NCBI GenBank assembly: GCA_964567575.1
Contig: CAZMMZ010000005.1
Location: forward strand, 1,953 to 27,072
Source of the DNA: Candidatus Undinarchaeota archaeon
GTDB lineage: Archaea; Undinarchaeota; Undinarchaeia; Undinarchaeales; UBA543
Length of the DNA: 25,120 nucleotides
Reading direction: 5' to 3'
The translations under genes and the position numbers were made by a program. Shown piece after piece: positions 1-7,392 of the stretch; the stretch's first letter is position 1; every line of letters starts with the position of its first letter. The notes beneath the pieces were generated by a model. The model worked only from the letters and a program-made list of their open reading frames with translations. It searched no databases and was not told the origin of the DNA.

Positions 1-99
1 TATCGTTACAACAATGTTGAATCCCCAAGCAAGAGAATGGGTGTTTATGGAAGTCCTTCTCAAATAAGTAATTGTATTGATGGTGATTGGGACATTTAG
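1..99 (+). CDS. 3' end of an unidentified gene entering from the left edge (partial)
   Basis: Frame 1 is open from base 1 (YRYNNVESPSKRMGVYGSPSQISNCIDGDWDI) to TAG at 97-99, converging on and overlapping the endoQ stop. It is too short to identify. Confidence 0.35.
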   Translation, partial: YRYNNVESPSKRMGVYGSPSQISNCIDGDWDI

Positions 100-1292
100 A
101 TTTCTGGAATTCCGTATTCTCCGTCATAACCTGGTTTGACTTTTATTTTGCTCTCACGATTTTTTATAATTAAGTTTGAAAGTTTTTGTCCTACAAGTTT
201 TTCTAAATCTTTTTCAGAAGTTTCTAACATTACTTTAAATTCATTTCCAAAATTTTCAATAAGTTTCTCGTAAATAGAATTTACTCTTGTGCTTGAAACA
301 CTTTTCACTCCAAGAGATAATGCAATTATTTCAGAGAGCGGAAGAAGAGTTTTGAATGGGACAGCGCTTTCTGGTTTGAACCCGTCTTTTCTATCTGCAA
401 GCTCTTCTACACGATTTAAAACTCCTACAGTTACTGGCTTTCCACATTTCGGACATTTACCTTTTTCTTTTATTGTATCTGCAGGATCCATACATACATC
501 GCACTTCCTATGTCCATCAAAGTGATACTTTCCATAAGATGGATCAACTTCAATTGTGAAATCAAAACCTTTTCTTGTTTTCAAAGCTTCTTGCATTGCA
601 TTGTAATTTGGTTCAATATCAAAAGCATTACATTCTCTTCCAATGCGCCATGGCCAATATGAATGCGAATCTGAATTTGATACAAGTGCAAATTGGTCCA
701 GTTGTGAAAGTCTCCAATTCATACTTGGATCACTGCTTAATCCAGTTTCTAGAGCGTGAATCTTGTTAGTATACTTGCCAAAGCATTCTTTAATTGAATC
801 GAATCCGCTTTTTGATCCAAGAACAGAGAACCACGGCGTCCAAATGTGTGCAGGAATAATTTCGATTTTATCAGAAATTTCAAAAAGATTTTCACAAAGC
901 TCAACGCAACTTAATCCAGAGAATATTGGTCTTCCATCACTTGCAAGTTTTCCACGTGGTGCAAAGAATTCATTAATCTGTTCCACAATTTCAAAACTTG
1001 GAGCAAGAATAATATTATGTACACGCCTTCCTTTGTCTTCGTGTCGATACATCTGACAAATTTCAGATTGTAAAACAAATTTAAATCCGCTTTTTGTTTT
1101 GTAAAACCCAGAGCCGTCGTCACTTAAATTTTCTTTCAGTTCTTCCAACCATTTTGGATGTGTGAAGTCTCCGGTTCCAAGAACATTAAGTCCTTTTATT
1201 CTCGCATACTTTTCCAAATTTGGTATTGTTAAATTTTTGCTAGTCGCACGGCTAAATCTAGAATGAATGTGCAAATCTGCATAAAGTTTCAT
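96..1292 (-). CDS. endoQ: Endonuclease Q family protein (PHP domain plus C4 zinc finger; TIGR00375-like)
   Basis: N-terminal DLHIHSRFSRATS, GTGDFTHP, PAHIWTPW, ETGLSSD, SNSDSHS, GKYH and CDVC...CPKC motifs, ending in PGYDGEYG. Confidence 0.88.
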   Translation of the reverse strand: MKLYADLHIHSRFSRATSKNLTIPNLEKYARIKGLNVLGTGDFTHPKWLEELKENLSDDGSGFYKTKSGFKFVLQSEICQMYRHEDKGRRVHNIILAPSFEIVEQINEFFAPRGKLASDGRPIFSGLSCVELCENLFEISDKIEIIPAHIWTPWFSVLGSKSGFDSIKECFGKYTNKIHALETGLSSDPSMNWRLSQLDQFALVSNSDSHSYWPWRIGRECNAFDIEPNYNAMQEALKTRKGFDFTIEVDPSYGKYHFDGHRKCDVCMDPADTIKEKGKCPKCGKPVTVGVLNRVEELADRKDGFKPESAVPFKTLLPLSEIIALSLGVKSVSSTRVNSIYEKLIENFGNEFKVMLETSEKDLEKLVGQKLSNLIIKNRESKIKVKPGYDGEYGIPEI

Positions 1293-1296
1293 AATA

Positions 1297-2106
1297 TTAA
1301 CCGATGTACTTTAGATCCTCTTCTTCGTCCTCTGCTCCTTCTTCACCTGGTTGTTCTCCACCTTGTTCTTTCTTCATCATTTTCTGCATCATTTTTTCCA
1401 GGTTAAGTCGGAATTTCTCAAGTTCTTTTGCTCGTTTGTCAAGTGCTCCCATTTCAATTTTGATTTTTTGCCACTTTCCAATAATTGTAAGAACTTTTTC
1501 TGCTGCTTTTGCATCAATAAGAAGAGGATGTCCGGGGGTTTCTCCCATAAGGCATACTGATTTCATGTCGCGAAGTTTGCTAAGTCCAACAAGTAATCCT
1601 GAAGTACCGACAATTCCTCCACGGTTTCCTTTTGTTTTGAATATTGCGCCGTGTTTTGAAAATTCTTTTATGTATTCTGGGCTGTTTGCTGCTCCGAAAA
1701 CTTTTGGTTCTTTTAGTAAGCGTCCTGTTGCGTATCCTCCAATTGTTATAACATCTTTAACTCCGTATTCTGCAGCAACATCGAGAATCTTCTCGCAAAT
1801 TTCATATTGTCCTGTAATGGTTGCTCCTTGCGCTTCTCCTATTACAAGAATCACATCTCTTTTCCCACCCATTTTTTTAATGTAGAAAAAGTTGTTTGTT
1901 ATCATGTCAATACTGCCATCATTTTGTATCATAACTTGCGGTGGGAAGTGAGGACTATAAAGTTCAGCAAATTTCTTTCCTTTGAATTCTTTTACAAGAT
2001 GCTCAGCAACGAGTCTGCCAACTTGTCCAAAACCAGGAAGCCCCTCAATAAGAATAGTATTAGTTAGTTTTGGTTTTTTCCCGAAATATTTTACGAAAGT
2101 ATCCAT
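1297..2106 (-). CDS. PAC2-family proteasome assembly chaperone
   Basis: EGLPGFGQVG, ELYSPHFPPQV, TIGGY and CLMGETPG motifs with a C-terminal YIG. It lies directly downstream of nop10, the conserved archaeal position. Confidence 0.9.
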   Translation of the reverse strand: MDTFVKYFGKKPKLTNTILIEGLPGFGQVGRLVAEHLVKEFKGKKFAELYSPHFPPQVMIQNDGSIDMITNNFFYIKKMGGKRDVILVIGEAQGATITGQYEICEKILDVAAEYGVKDVITIGGYATGRLLKEPKVFGAANSPEYIKEFSKHGAIFKTKGNRGGIVGTSGLLVGLSKLRDMKSVCLMGETPGHPLLIDAKAAEKVLTIIGKWQKIKIEMGALDKRAKELEKFRLNLEKMMQKMMKKEQGGEQPGEEGAEDEEEDLKYIG

Positions 2107-2169
2107 ATTATATCACGGTTTATGTTAAGAAATTCAGGTATTTATATTCTTTCAAACTAGAATGAGTTG

Positions 2170-2316
2170 TTATTTTTTCATGCGTCTGTACTTTGCATAC
2201 TTATCCTCAGCAGAATATTTCATAGGTTCAACAGTAACAGTATCAACTTTGCATTTAGCACACTTTTTTTCCATAGTGTAGCCGCCACATTTTGGGCACT
2301 TTAAAATTTTAGCCAT
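2170..2316 (-). CDS. nop10: H/ACA RNP protein Nop10 (48 aa; absent from ORF track)
   Basis: Manual translation MAKILKCPKCGGYTMEKKCAKCKVDTVTVEPMKYSAEDKYAKYRRMKK shows a Zn ribbon plus the P-x-K-Y-S-x-E-D-K-Y motif. The ATG overlaps the aIF2alpha stop (TAATG). Confidence 0.93.
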   Translation of the reverse strand: MAKILKCPKCGGYTMEKKCAKCKVDTVTVEPMKYSAEDKYAKYRRMKK

Positions 2317-3107
2317 TATTTTTTCCTTGTGATTTCAGCAGTTCCGTTGTTGCTGGTCATCTCTTTTGTCAAAGTCTTTGTGATAACTTCAAGATATTTT
2401 TCAAGAGTTTTGTAATCAAGAGCTGTTATCTCAACTTTGTATTTTGGAGCGCCAACATATTTGAAAACTGCTTCAATATCTTCAGGACATTGTTCTTTTG
2501 CTTTTTTAATTGCATTCTTTATTGTTTCAACACCTTCTTGTCCTTCTGCTTTTAGATCAATACTTGCTTTGATACTGACTTTTGGTATTGTAACATATTC
2601 TTCAACAATTTTTCCAAGTTCTTTTAACCATTTGTCATCAATGCCAGTATTTTTCAAAACTTTGATTCCATCTTTCTTCGCTTGAAGAAGAGCTTCAGTT
2701 GCATCATCAAATCCATTTTCAAGTTGTTCAATAATTTTATCTACATTGTCAGGGTCTTTTAATTTCTCAGCTGCAAGTTCCACAAGTTTTCTTGTTTTTT
2801 TATCTTGCTTGTGCTGATCAACAATCATCTTTTTCTGATTTGCTTTAACACCTTTCAGTGAAAGATCAATGTGCCCTTTTCCTGCATCAACTTTCAAAAC
2901 TTTTACAACAATTGTTTCTCCTTCTTTTGCATAATCTTTAATGTTCTTAACCCATTTTGAAGAAACTTCAGAAATATGAATCATACCCTCAACTTCTGGG
3001 TAATCATTTAATTTTACAAAAATTCCATAAGGAAAGACTTTGTTAGCAATGCCCATTAAGAGCTCTCCTTCTTCTGGATATTTGTTAGATTTTTTTTGGT
3101 CCTGCAT
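2316..3107 (-). CDS. eif2a: Translation initiation factor 2 alpha subunit
   Basis: YPEEGEL, S1 domain (EGMIHISEVSSKWVKNI, GHIDLSLK) and C-terminal YVGAPKYKV. ATG at 3107 preferred over the upstream GTG at 3116. Confidence 0.96.
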   Translation of the reverse strand: MQDQKKSNKYPEEGELLMGIANKVFPYGIFVKLNDYPEVEGMIHISEVSSKWVKNIKDYAKEGETIVVKVLKVDAGKGHIDLSLKGVKANQKKMIVDQHKQDKKTRKLVELAAEKLKDPDNVDKIIEQLENGFDDATEALLQAKKDGIKVLKNTGIDDKWLKELGKIVEEYVTIPKVSIKASIDLKAEGQEGVETIKNAIKKAKEQCPEDIEAVFKYVGAPKYKVEITALDYKTLEKYLEVITKTLTKEMTSNNGTAEITRKK

Positions 3108-3163
3108 AGGTCTCACTATTATTGAAGTTGGTTTTAAAGGTTTGGTTAAATAAAACTTAGAAT

Positions 3164-3337
3164 TTATTCAAGTGTTTTAACAATCTTTGCTTCGATTTTT
3201 GCTTTACCACTTGATGGTCTTGCAAGTATTGCATCACAGTTATTGCATTTTACAACTGTTGAAGCACTTCCAAAAATGTTCTGTTCTTTTCCACACTTGC
3301 ATTTTACTACAAGAAATTTACTTTTTGTTTCTCTCAT
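3164..3337 (-). CDS. rps27e: 30S ribosomal protein S27e (57 aa; absent from ORF track)
   Basis: Manual translation MRETKSKFLVVKCKCGKEQNIFGSASTVVKCNNCDAILARPSSGKAKIEAKIVKTLE. The ATG overlaps the rpl44e stop. Confidence 0.96.
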   Translation of the reverse strand: MRETKSKFLVVKCKCGKEQNIFGSASTVVKCNNCDAILARPSSGKAKIEAKIVKTLE

Positions 3338-3618
3338 TATTCTGCCACCAATTCGAATTTTTTAACTCGATAACTTTTTGAACGTGTAATTGACAGTTTG
3401 CAGTCTTCGCATTTGTATCGCATGTCCTGTCGTTGTGTTGGCTTCTTTCCTGAAGGCATAGGTTTTGGGAAAGATCCGTAACCTTCCATTTTCCTTTTGA
3501 AGCGTCTTTGACCAAGTGATTTCTTTCGTGTTTGTTTCTTTTTAGCAACCTCTAAGCTATGCTTAGTGTGCTTTCCGCACTTCTTGCAAAATATTTTTTG
3601 AATTTTTGGTACGTTCAT
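3337..3618 (-). CDS. rpl44e: 50S ribosomal protein L44e
   Basis: MNVPK...FCKKCGKHTKH...GQRRFKRKMEGYGSFPKP...KKPT...RYKCEDC, in the canonical rpl44e-rps27e-aIF2alpha order. Confidence 0.96.
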   Translation of the reverse strand: MNVPKIQKIFCKKCGKHTKHSLEVAKKKQTRKKSLGQRRFKRKMEGYGSFPKPMPSGKKPTQRQDMRYKCEDCKLSITRSKSYRVKKFELVAE

Positions 3619-3742
3619 TCTCCGTTACTCTCTCCTCTGTTTCTGTTTTTCCTCCAGTTCTTGAATGGGCGCCCGGAGGGTGCGCCTAGGACATTCAGCT
3701 CACGTTGTTCGCTGAAGTCCTGATTTGAAATTGGTTAGTTGG
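3619..3742 (-). repeat. Structured intergenic element, copy 1 of a dispersed family
   Basis: Fills the gins-rpl44e gap. Minus strand reads CAATTTCAAATCA-GGACTTCAGC[loop]GCTGAA-T-GTCC-TA-GGCGC-ACCCTCCGG-GCGCC...AGAGTAACGGAG-A-ATG, collinear with 19170-19300. Confidence 0.8.
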
Positions 3743-4342
3743 TTAACTTACTATTTCAGCTTTTTGTTTGTTTATGAAAATCTCGGCATTCTGTTCTGGA
3801 ATTTCAATAATGTCCCCTTCTTTGAAAGGCCCATAAGATTTAAAGTCCGCTCCAAGCATTTCCGGTAATTCTTGGAGAATTTTTACTTTTATATAAGTTG
3901 TGGTTGGTTCGTTTTCCTGTATAGTTTCCTTTATTTCCGGTTCAATTTTCTCTTCTTCCACAATTTCCTCTTTTTTCTCAACTTTCTTTACTGGTTTGTT
4001 TTGTTTCATGGAAAGTTCTCTGTGCTTTTTAATAATTTTAACAACATCTTTGAAAACTTGCTCTTCGCGCTTTGTCATTTCTCTTGTATCAATTCGCATT
4101 CCGCTACGTACCGCTGTTAATGCATTGTTTAGAATCTTTCGTTCACGCCTGTCAAGAATATCTTTGAGAATGTTTTTGGCATTTCGCATTTCAAGTTCTA
4201 CTAAATCGTCTTTTGGACCTTTTCGATCGAAATACTCGTCAACGCTTTTGTAAAAAGAATCATCTAATTCGTAAAGCTTTTCGCTCTTGCGTTCATTGTA
4301 TTGTATCTCACGTAATGTATCGTAAGTAATTACTTCAGTCAT
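3743..4342 (-). CDS. gins: GINS complex subunit (Gins15/Gins51 type)
   Basis: [14 protein letters not shown]...LYELDDSFY...RRERKI...TKREEQVF helical domain, a charged linker and a C-terminal B-domain ([21 protein letters not shown]). ATGA overlap with the primase gene. Confidence 0.88.
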   Translation of the reverse strand: MTEVITYDTLREIQYNERKSEKLYELDDSFYKSVDEYFDRKGPKDDLVELEMRNAKNILKDILDRRERKILNNALTAVRSGMRIDTREMTKREEQVFKDVVKIIKKHRELSMKQNKPVKKVEKKEEIVEEEKIEPEIKETIQENEPTTTYIKVKILQELPEMLGADFKSYGPFKEGDIIEIPEQNAEIFINKQKAEIVS

Positions 4343-5616
4343 TCCTCTCCCTGCTCCTTTTTCTGTACGCTCTCCTTTTTAACACTTTTCTTGCGCGGTT
4401 TTCTTCTGCGTTTCGCTACTCGTTTTGCTCGGTTGAGTGTGTAAGTAACTGGATTGTGGATTGTTTTGCAGAATTCATCTGGGGTGCAAACACTATAATC
4501 CTTATAGAATCCTGGGTTGTTGCAATTCGGTGCCATTTGAGGGTTTCCTGTTTTATATTGATGTTTTATTCCTGAAAGAATTACATTTTCCTCAATTGGT
4601 GGTTTGTTCTTTTTATTCCAATCTAAAATCATTTTCATAACATCTTCTTTTTTCCAGCCGATATTATGCAAAAATGTTGTAAGTGCAAATACGCTTCGCT
4701 TCTTTCCATCTTCAAGTCCTTCTAACGTAGTCTTAATGCACGGTGGGAAATATTTTGGTTCTATTGCATTTATTGGAACTTTGAATTCTCCAAGATCATG
4801 CTTTGGTTTTGCTTTCTCTCGCCGAGAATCCCAGAAGATTGCACTTCGCAAAAGCTCAACAGCTTCGTTTTCTACAACATCAAATTTCAAAAACGGTTTT
4901 ACTTCTTTCACATTCTCTGGCTTTGCATCATCTGGATTGAAATTCTCAATCTGATCTTTAGTGAGTGTTACACTTGCAAGGAAAGTTTTTTGATGCAATG
5001 AATACGGCATTCGGAACATGTGCCTGCTTGCAGCAACTGCTGCATCGAGTTTTAGAATGTTATCTGGATCTTCGCCAAATGCTTCTTGTAATTCTTTTTT
5101 AATAAAATATGAAAGGTATTCAATAATTATTTTCGGAACGCGTGGGTATTGTTTTTCAATATTTCCAATTCCAGTTATGCTTTCTGGAAATGATTCAAAT
5201 GGAACTCCGATGTGGAATCCGCGATTCCCTGAGAATTTTATTCCGTAATTATTAATCCCAAATTCTTCCAATGTTTTGCAAATTATAATTGCAGCTTTCT
5301 TTGAGTAACCAAGTCCTTTGTCGCAGTCGATATCGATTATCAAGTCCCATCCTGCTCGATTATCATCAAGTTCTTCTCGTTGCATTCCTGTTCGTAATGA
5401 TAATGGATTTTTCCAACGCTCAACTGAGCAGTGGAATGATACTGCGCCTTGGTTAATCATTTGGAGAAGATCGTTTTTGTAGAAAATCACATTTGGTCGT
5501 GAGCCAAAACCACCGGAAGGGAGTGATTGAACTACCTCGCGGTCTTCTGCAATTTTTGTCATTACTTTAAGAATCTCTGGGCGCGAATAGTATCGCGCGA
5601 TTTCTTCTCTGTACAT
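4339..5616 (-). CDS. priSL: Fused DNA primase PriS-PriL (DPANN type)
   Basis: The N-half has the AEP catalytic motifs WDLIIDID and [10 protein letters not shown]. The C-half has the PriL Fe-S cysteine pattern FPPC...PNC...VC...FC...NPV. ATG at 5616 preferred over TTG at 5625. Confidence 0.92.
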   Translation of the reverse strand: MYREEIARYYSRPEILKVMTKIAEDREVVQSLPSGGFGSRPNVIFYKNDLLQMINQGAVSFHCSVERWKNPLSLRTGMQREELDDNRAGWDLIIDIDCDKGLGYSKKAAIIICKTLEEFGINNYGIKFSGNRGFHIGVPFESFPESITGIGNIEKQYPRVPKIIIEYLSYFIKKELQEAFGEDPDNILKLDAAVAASRHMFRMPYSLHQKTFLASVTLTKDQIENFNPDDAKPENVKEVKPFLKFDVVENEAVELLRSAIFWDSRREKAKPKHDLGEFKVPINAIEPKYFPPCIKTTLEGLEDGKKRSVFALTTFLHNIGWKKEDVMKMILDWNKKNKPPIEENVILSGIKHQYKTGNPQMAPNCNNPGFYKDYSVCTPDEFCKTIHNPVTYTLNRAKRVAKRRRKPRKKSVKKESVQKKEQGEE

Positions 5617-6064
5617 TCTCCCCAATGTATCTTTGAAGTTGGTGTATAAATATTTGCTTGTGGCTCGTTTGGTTAAATTTGTTAAAGCTAGTGGCTTGTG
5701 GCTCGTTTTTGTTTGATTTTATGCTTTTTATTAAATTACTTAATTTTTTCCCTAAGCAAGTTGACTTATTTAAAAAATCTGTATAATCATTAGCTGTAAT
5801 ATATCTTAAATTATTTGCAATATTTAAAAAGTGTGTTAATTCTTTCAAAGATCCTATTGAAAAATAAAGAAACCTCAAAAAATCTGCATCACTCTGGCGC
5901 CCTGTTCCTTCTGCAATGTTAGCACCTACTGAAAGTACAGTTTTTCTAATATGCTGCGTCATATTGTATAATTCTTCTCTTGGAAATTTTTTAGTAAGAT
6001 TGTAAATATCTTTTGTTAATTCTTCTGTTATTCTATAAACTTCTAAGTTTTGATAATTTTGCAT
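5567..6064 (-). CDS. Four-helix-bundle protein (23S rRNA-IVP / TIGR02436-like, bAvd-like fold), with a 3' extension
   Basis: YQNLEVY, FPREELYNMTQHIRKTVLSVGANIAEG, DFLRFLYFSIGSLKEL and LIKSI motifs. Visibly more AT-rich than its neighbours. The ORF runs about 45 codons beyond the usual end, into the primase start. Confidence 0.9.
   Translation of the reverse strand: MQNYQNLEVYRITEELTKDIYNLTKKFPREELYNMTQHIRKTVLSVGANIAEGTGRQSDADFLRFLYFSIGSLKELTHFLNIANNLRYITANDYTDFLNKSTCLGKKLSNLIKSIKSNKNEPQATSFNKFNQTSHKQIFIHQLQRYIGENVQRRNRAILFAPRDS
5643..5656 (-). promoter_or_regulatory. Putative BRE/TATA promoter for the primase-gins operon
   Basis: Minus strand CAAATATTTATACA about 30 nt upstream of the primase ATG. 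Similar TTTATA/TTTAAA boxes precede speB, rpoL, dph2, ppsA and the PfkB gene. Confidence 0.55.
5656..5706. repeat. 7-nt-period repeats downstream of the four-helix-bundle core
   Basis: GCTTG-TGGCTCG-T (5656-5668) and GCTAG-TGGCTTG-TGGCTCG-T (5687-5706). GCTTGTGGCTCGT occurs twice, at 5656 and 5694. Confidence 0.85.
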
Positions 6065-6127
6065 AAACTAGCGCTTTTCTTTAATTTTATAATTCTTTTT
6101 TAACTTGCGTTAGTTTATCAACAAAAT

Positions 6128-6158
6128 CTACTAGCCACAAGCTACCAGCCACTCGCTA
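6128..6158. repeat. 7-nt-period tandem repeat upstream of the four-helix-bundle gene, inverted relative to 5656-5706
   Basis: CTA-CTAGCCA-CAAGCTA-CCAGCCA-CTCGCTA. The last unit contains the fbp stop codon. Confidence 0.85.
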
Positions 6159-7253
6159 AATATCCTCAAACCTATCTTCCATTTTCTTAACAATGTCTGG
6201 CAAAGTGCTGTATTCAAGCTCATCTGCTGATAATCTGTGAGGTTCGAAAGGTCCGTGCCTTCGCATGTAATCAGAAATGTCATTAGCTTTTTGTCTTGCA
6301 TTGTCAAATGAAATATCTGCAAACAAATCTTTTGGTCCAACAAGCATTCCATTGCAGACTTGGAATCCAAGTGCAATAATTCGTGGCGGTCCGTCGAAAC
6401 GACCAATTACTGCATCTTGCTCAGAAACAGGCATTAATGGACCTCTGTGAGATCCGCGCATGAATCCTGCGACAAGATGTGGGAATGTGTATGGTTCAAG
6501 AACTTCTCCAACTGCTGGGAATCCGCTTTGGCAGCGAACAATTGCTACTGGGTCATCTTTGCCAACGTATTTGCCTGCAATGTGTGAAAGTTTTTCTGTG
6601 CAAACAACTGCTGCGATTTCTTTGTCTTTCTTTCTGAAAACTCTTTTAACAACATAAGTTGGTGTGGTTCCAATAAGTGAAAGCAAATCATAAACTTCTT
6701 CTGGAGTGTCAATCATAATTTTCTTTCCTTTCTTAATATCGTGAACTTCGAATGTGAAACCATCATGAAGATTTGGATCAATTACAAGTCCTGCAGTGTT
6801 GAATGCATCTGCGAATGTCTTGTACATTGGTAAGTTGAATGCTGCTGGTTCTGTCTTGTCAGCGCAGAATACAACAATAGGGTCTGAACCTCGCTCTTCG
6901 AATTCCATTTCTGCAACACCAGGTCCCATTCCTTTAACATTTCCTGAGAATGCGTCTTTCAAAAGATCTTGTCCAGCTCCGTAAAGTTTCAATTCTTTTG
7001 CTTTATCAGCTGCTTTATTGAATCCGTCCCAAGCAAGCTTGTGAACTTCTTCATTGTCAACACCTTTGAAGTGCGACATAATAAATTCTATATCATCACC
7101 GCATCGAGTGAGATAATAATCATTAATTACTTTGTCTTCAACTGCTTTTGACAAATGCTCATCGCAAACTTGGATAAGCTGTTCTGGAGCTTCAATGTGA
7201 CCAGGCAAACTGCCCACATCTGCTTTAATAACTGAAATTGTAGTTTTTACCAT
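6156..7253 (-). CDS. fbp: Bifunctional fructose-1,6-bisphosphate aldolase/phosphatase (FBPase class V)
   Basis: IKADVGSLPGH, CGDD, YGAGQDLL, GPGVAEMEF, DKTEP, GKYVGKDDPV (Schiff-base Lys and Tyr), MRGSH, RRHGPFEPHRL and the ELEY motif. Confidence 0.96.
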   Translation of the reverse strand: MVKTTISVIKADVGSLPGHIEAPEQLIQVCDEHLSKAVEDKVINDYYLTRCGDDIEFIMSHFKGVDNEEVHKLAWDGFNKAADKAKELKLYGAGQDLLKDAFSGNVKGMGPGVAEMEFEERGSDPIVVFCADKTEPAAFNLPMYKTFADAFNTAGLVIDPNLHDGFTFEVHDIKKGKKIMIDTPEEVYDLLSLIGTTPTYVVKRVFRKKDKEIAAVVCTEKLSHIAGKYVGKDDPVAIVRCQSGFPAVGEVLEPYTFPHLVAGFMRGSHRGPLMPVSEQDAVIGRFDGPPRIIALGFQVCNGMLVGPKDLFADISFDNARQKANDISDYMRRHGPFEPHRLSADELEYSTLPDIVKKMEDRFEDI

Positions 7254-7349
7254 TGTTCTCTCCTTAGAATCTGCTGTGGCGGGTATTTAACTGTTACTTA
7301 AAAGAATTCTATATGGGATACTTCGTGCGTATCAACGATAATTCACTCC

Positions 7350-7392
7350 AAATGTGAGGTTAACCTCACATTTTGTAACTTTAACCTCACAT
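7350..7392. promoter_or_regulatory. Perfect 24-bp palindrome plus an extra half-site upstream of fbp
   Basis: AAATGTGAGGTT|AACCTCACATTT at 7350-7373. TTAACCTCACAT recurs at 7381-7392, overlapping the DUF362 stop. Confidence 0.6.

Noticed and set aside
3660-3725. tRNA gene in the GC-rich gins-rpl44e gap
   Set aside because: No cloverleaf, acceptor stem or GTTCRA T-loop in a proper context on either strand. It folds as two adjacent hairpins instead.
3619-3742. Classical MITE interpretation of the dispersed element
   Set aside because: No terminal inverted repeats or target-site duplications were found at either main copy. A HUH/REP-type mobility model remains open.
5567-6064. Diversity-generating retroelement (Avd-like four-helix bundle)
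   Set aside because: No reverse transcriptase and no template/variable repeat pair differing at adenines in the window.
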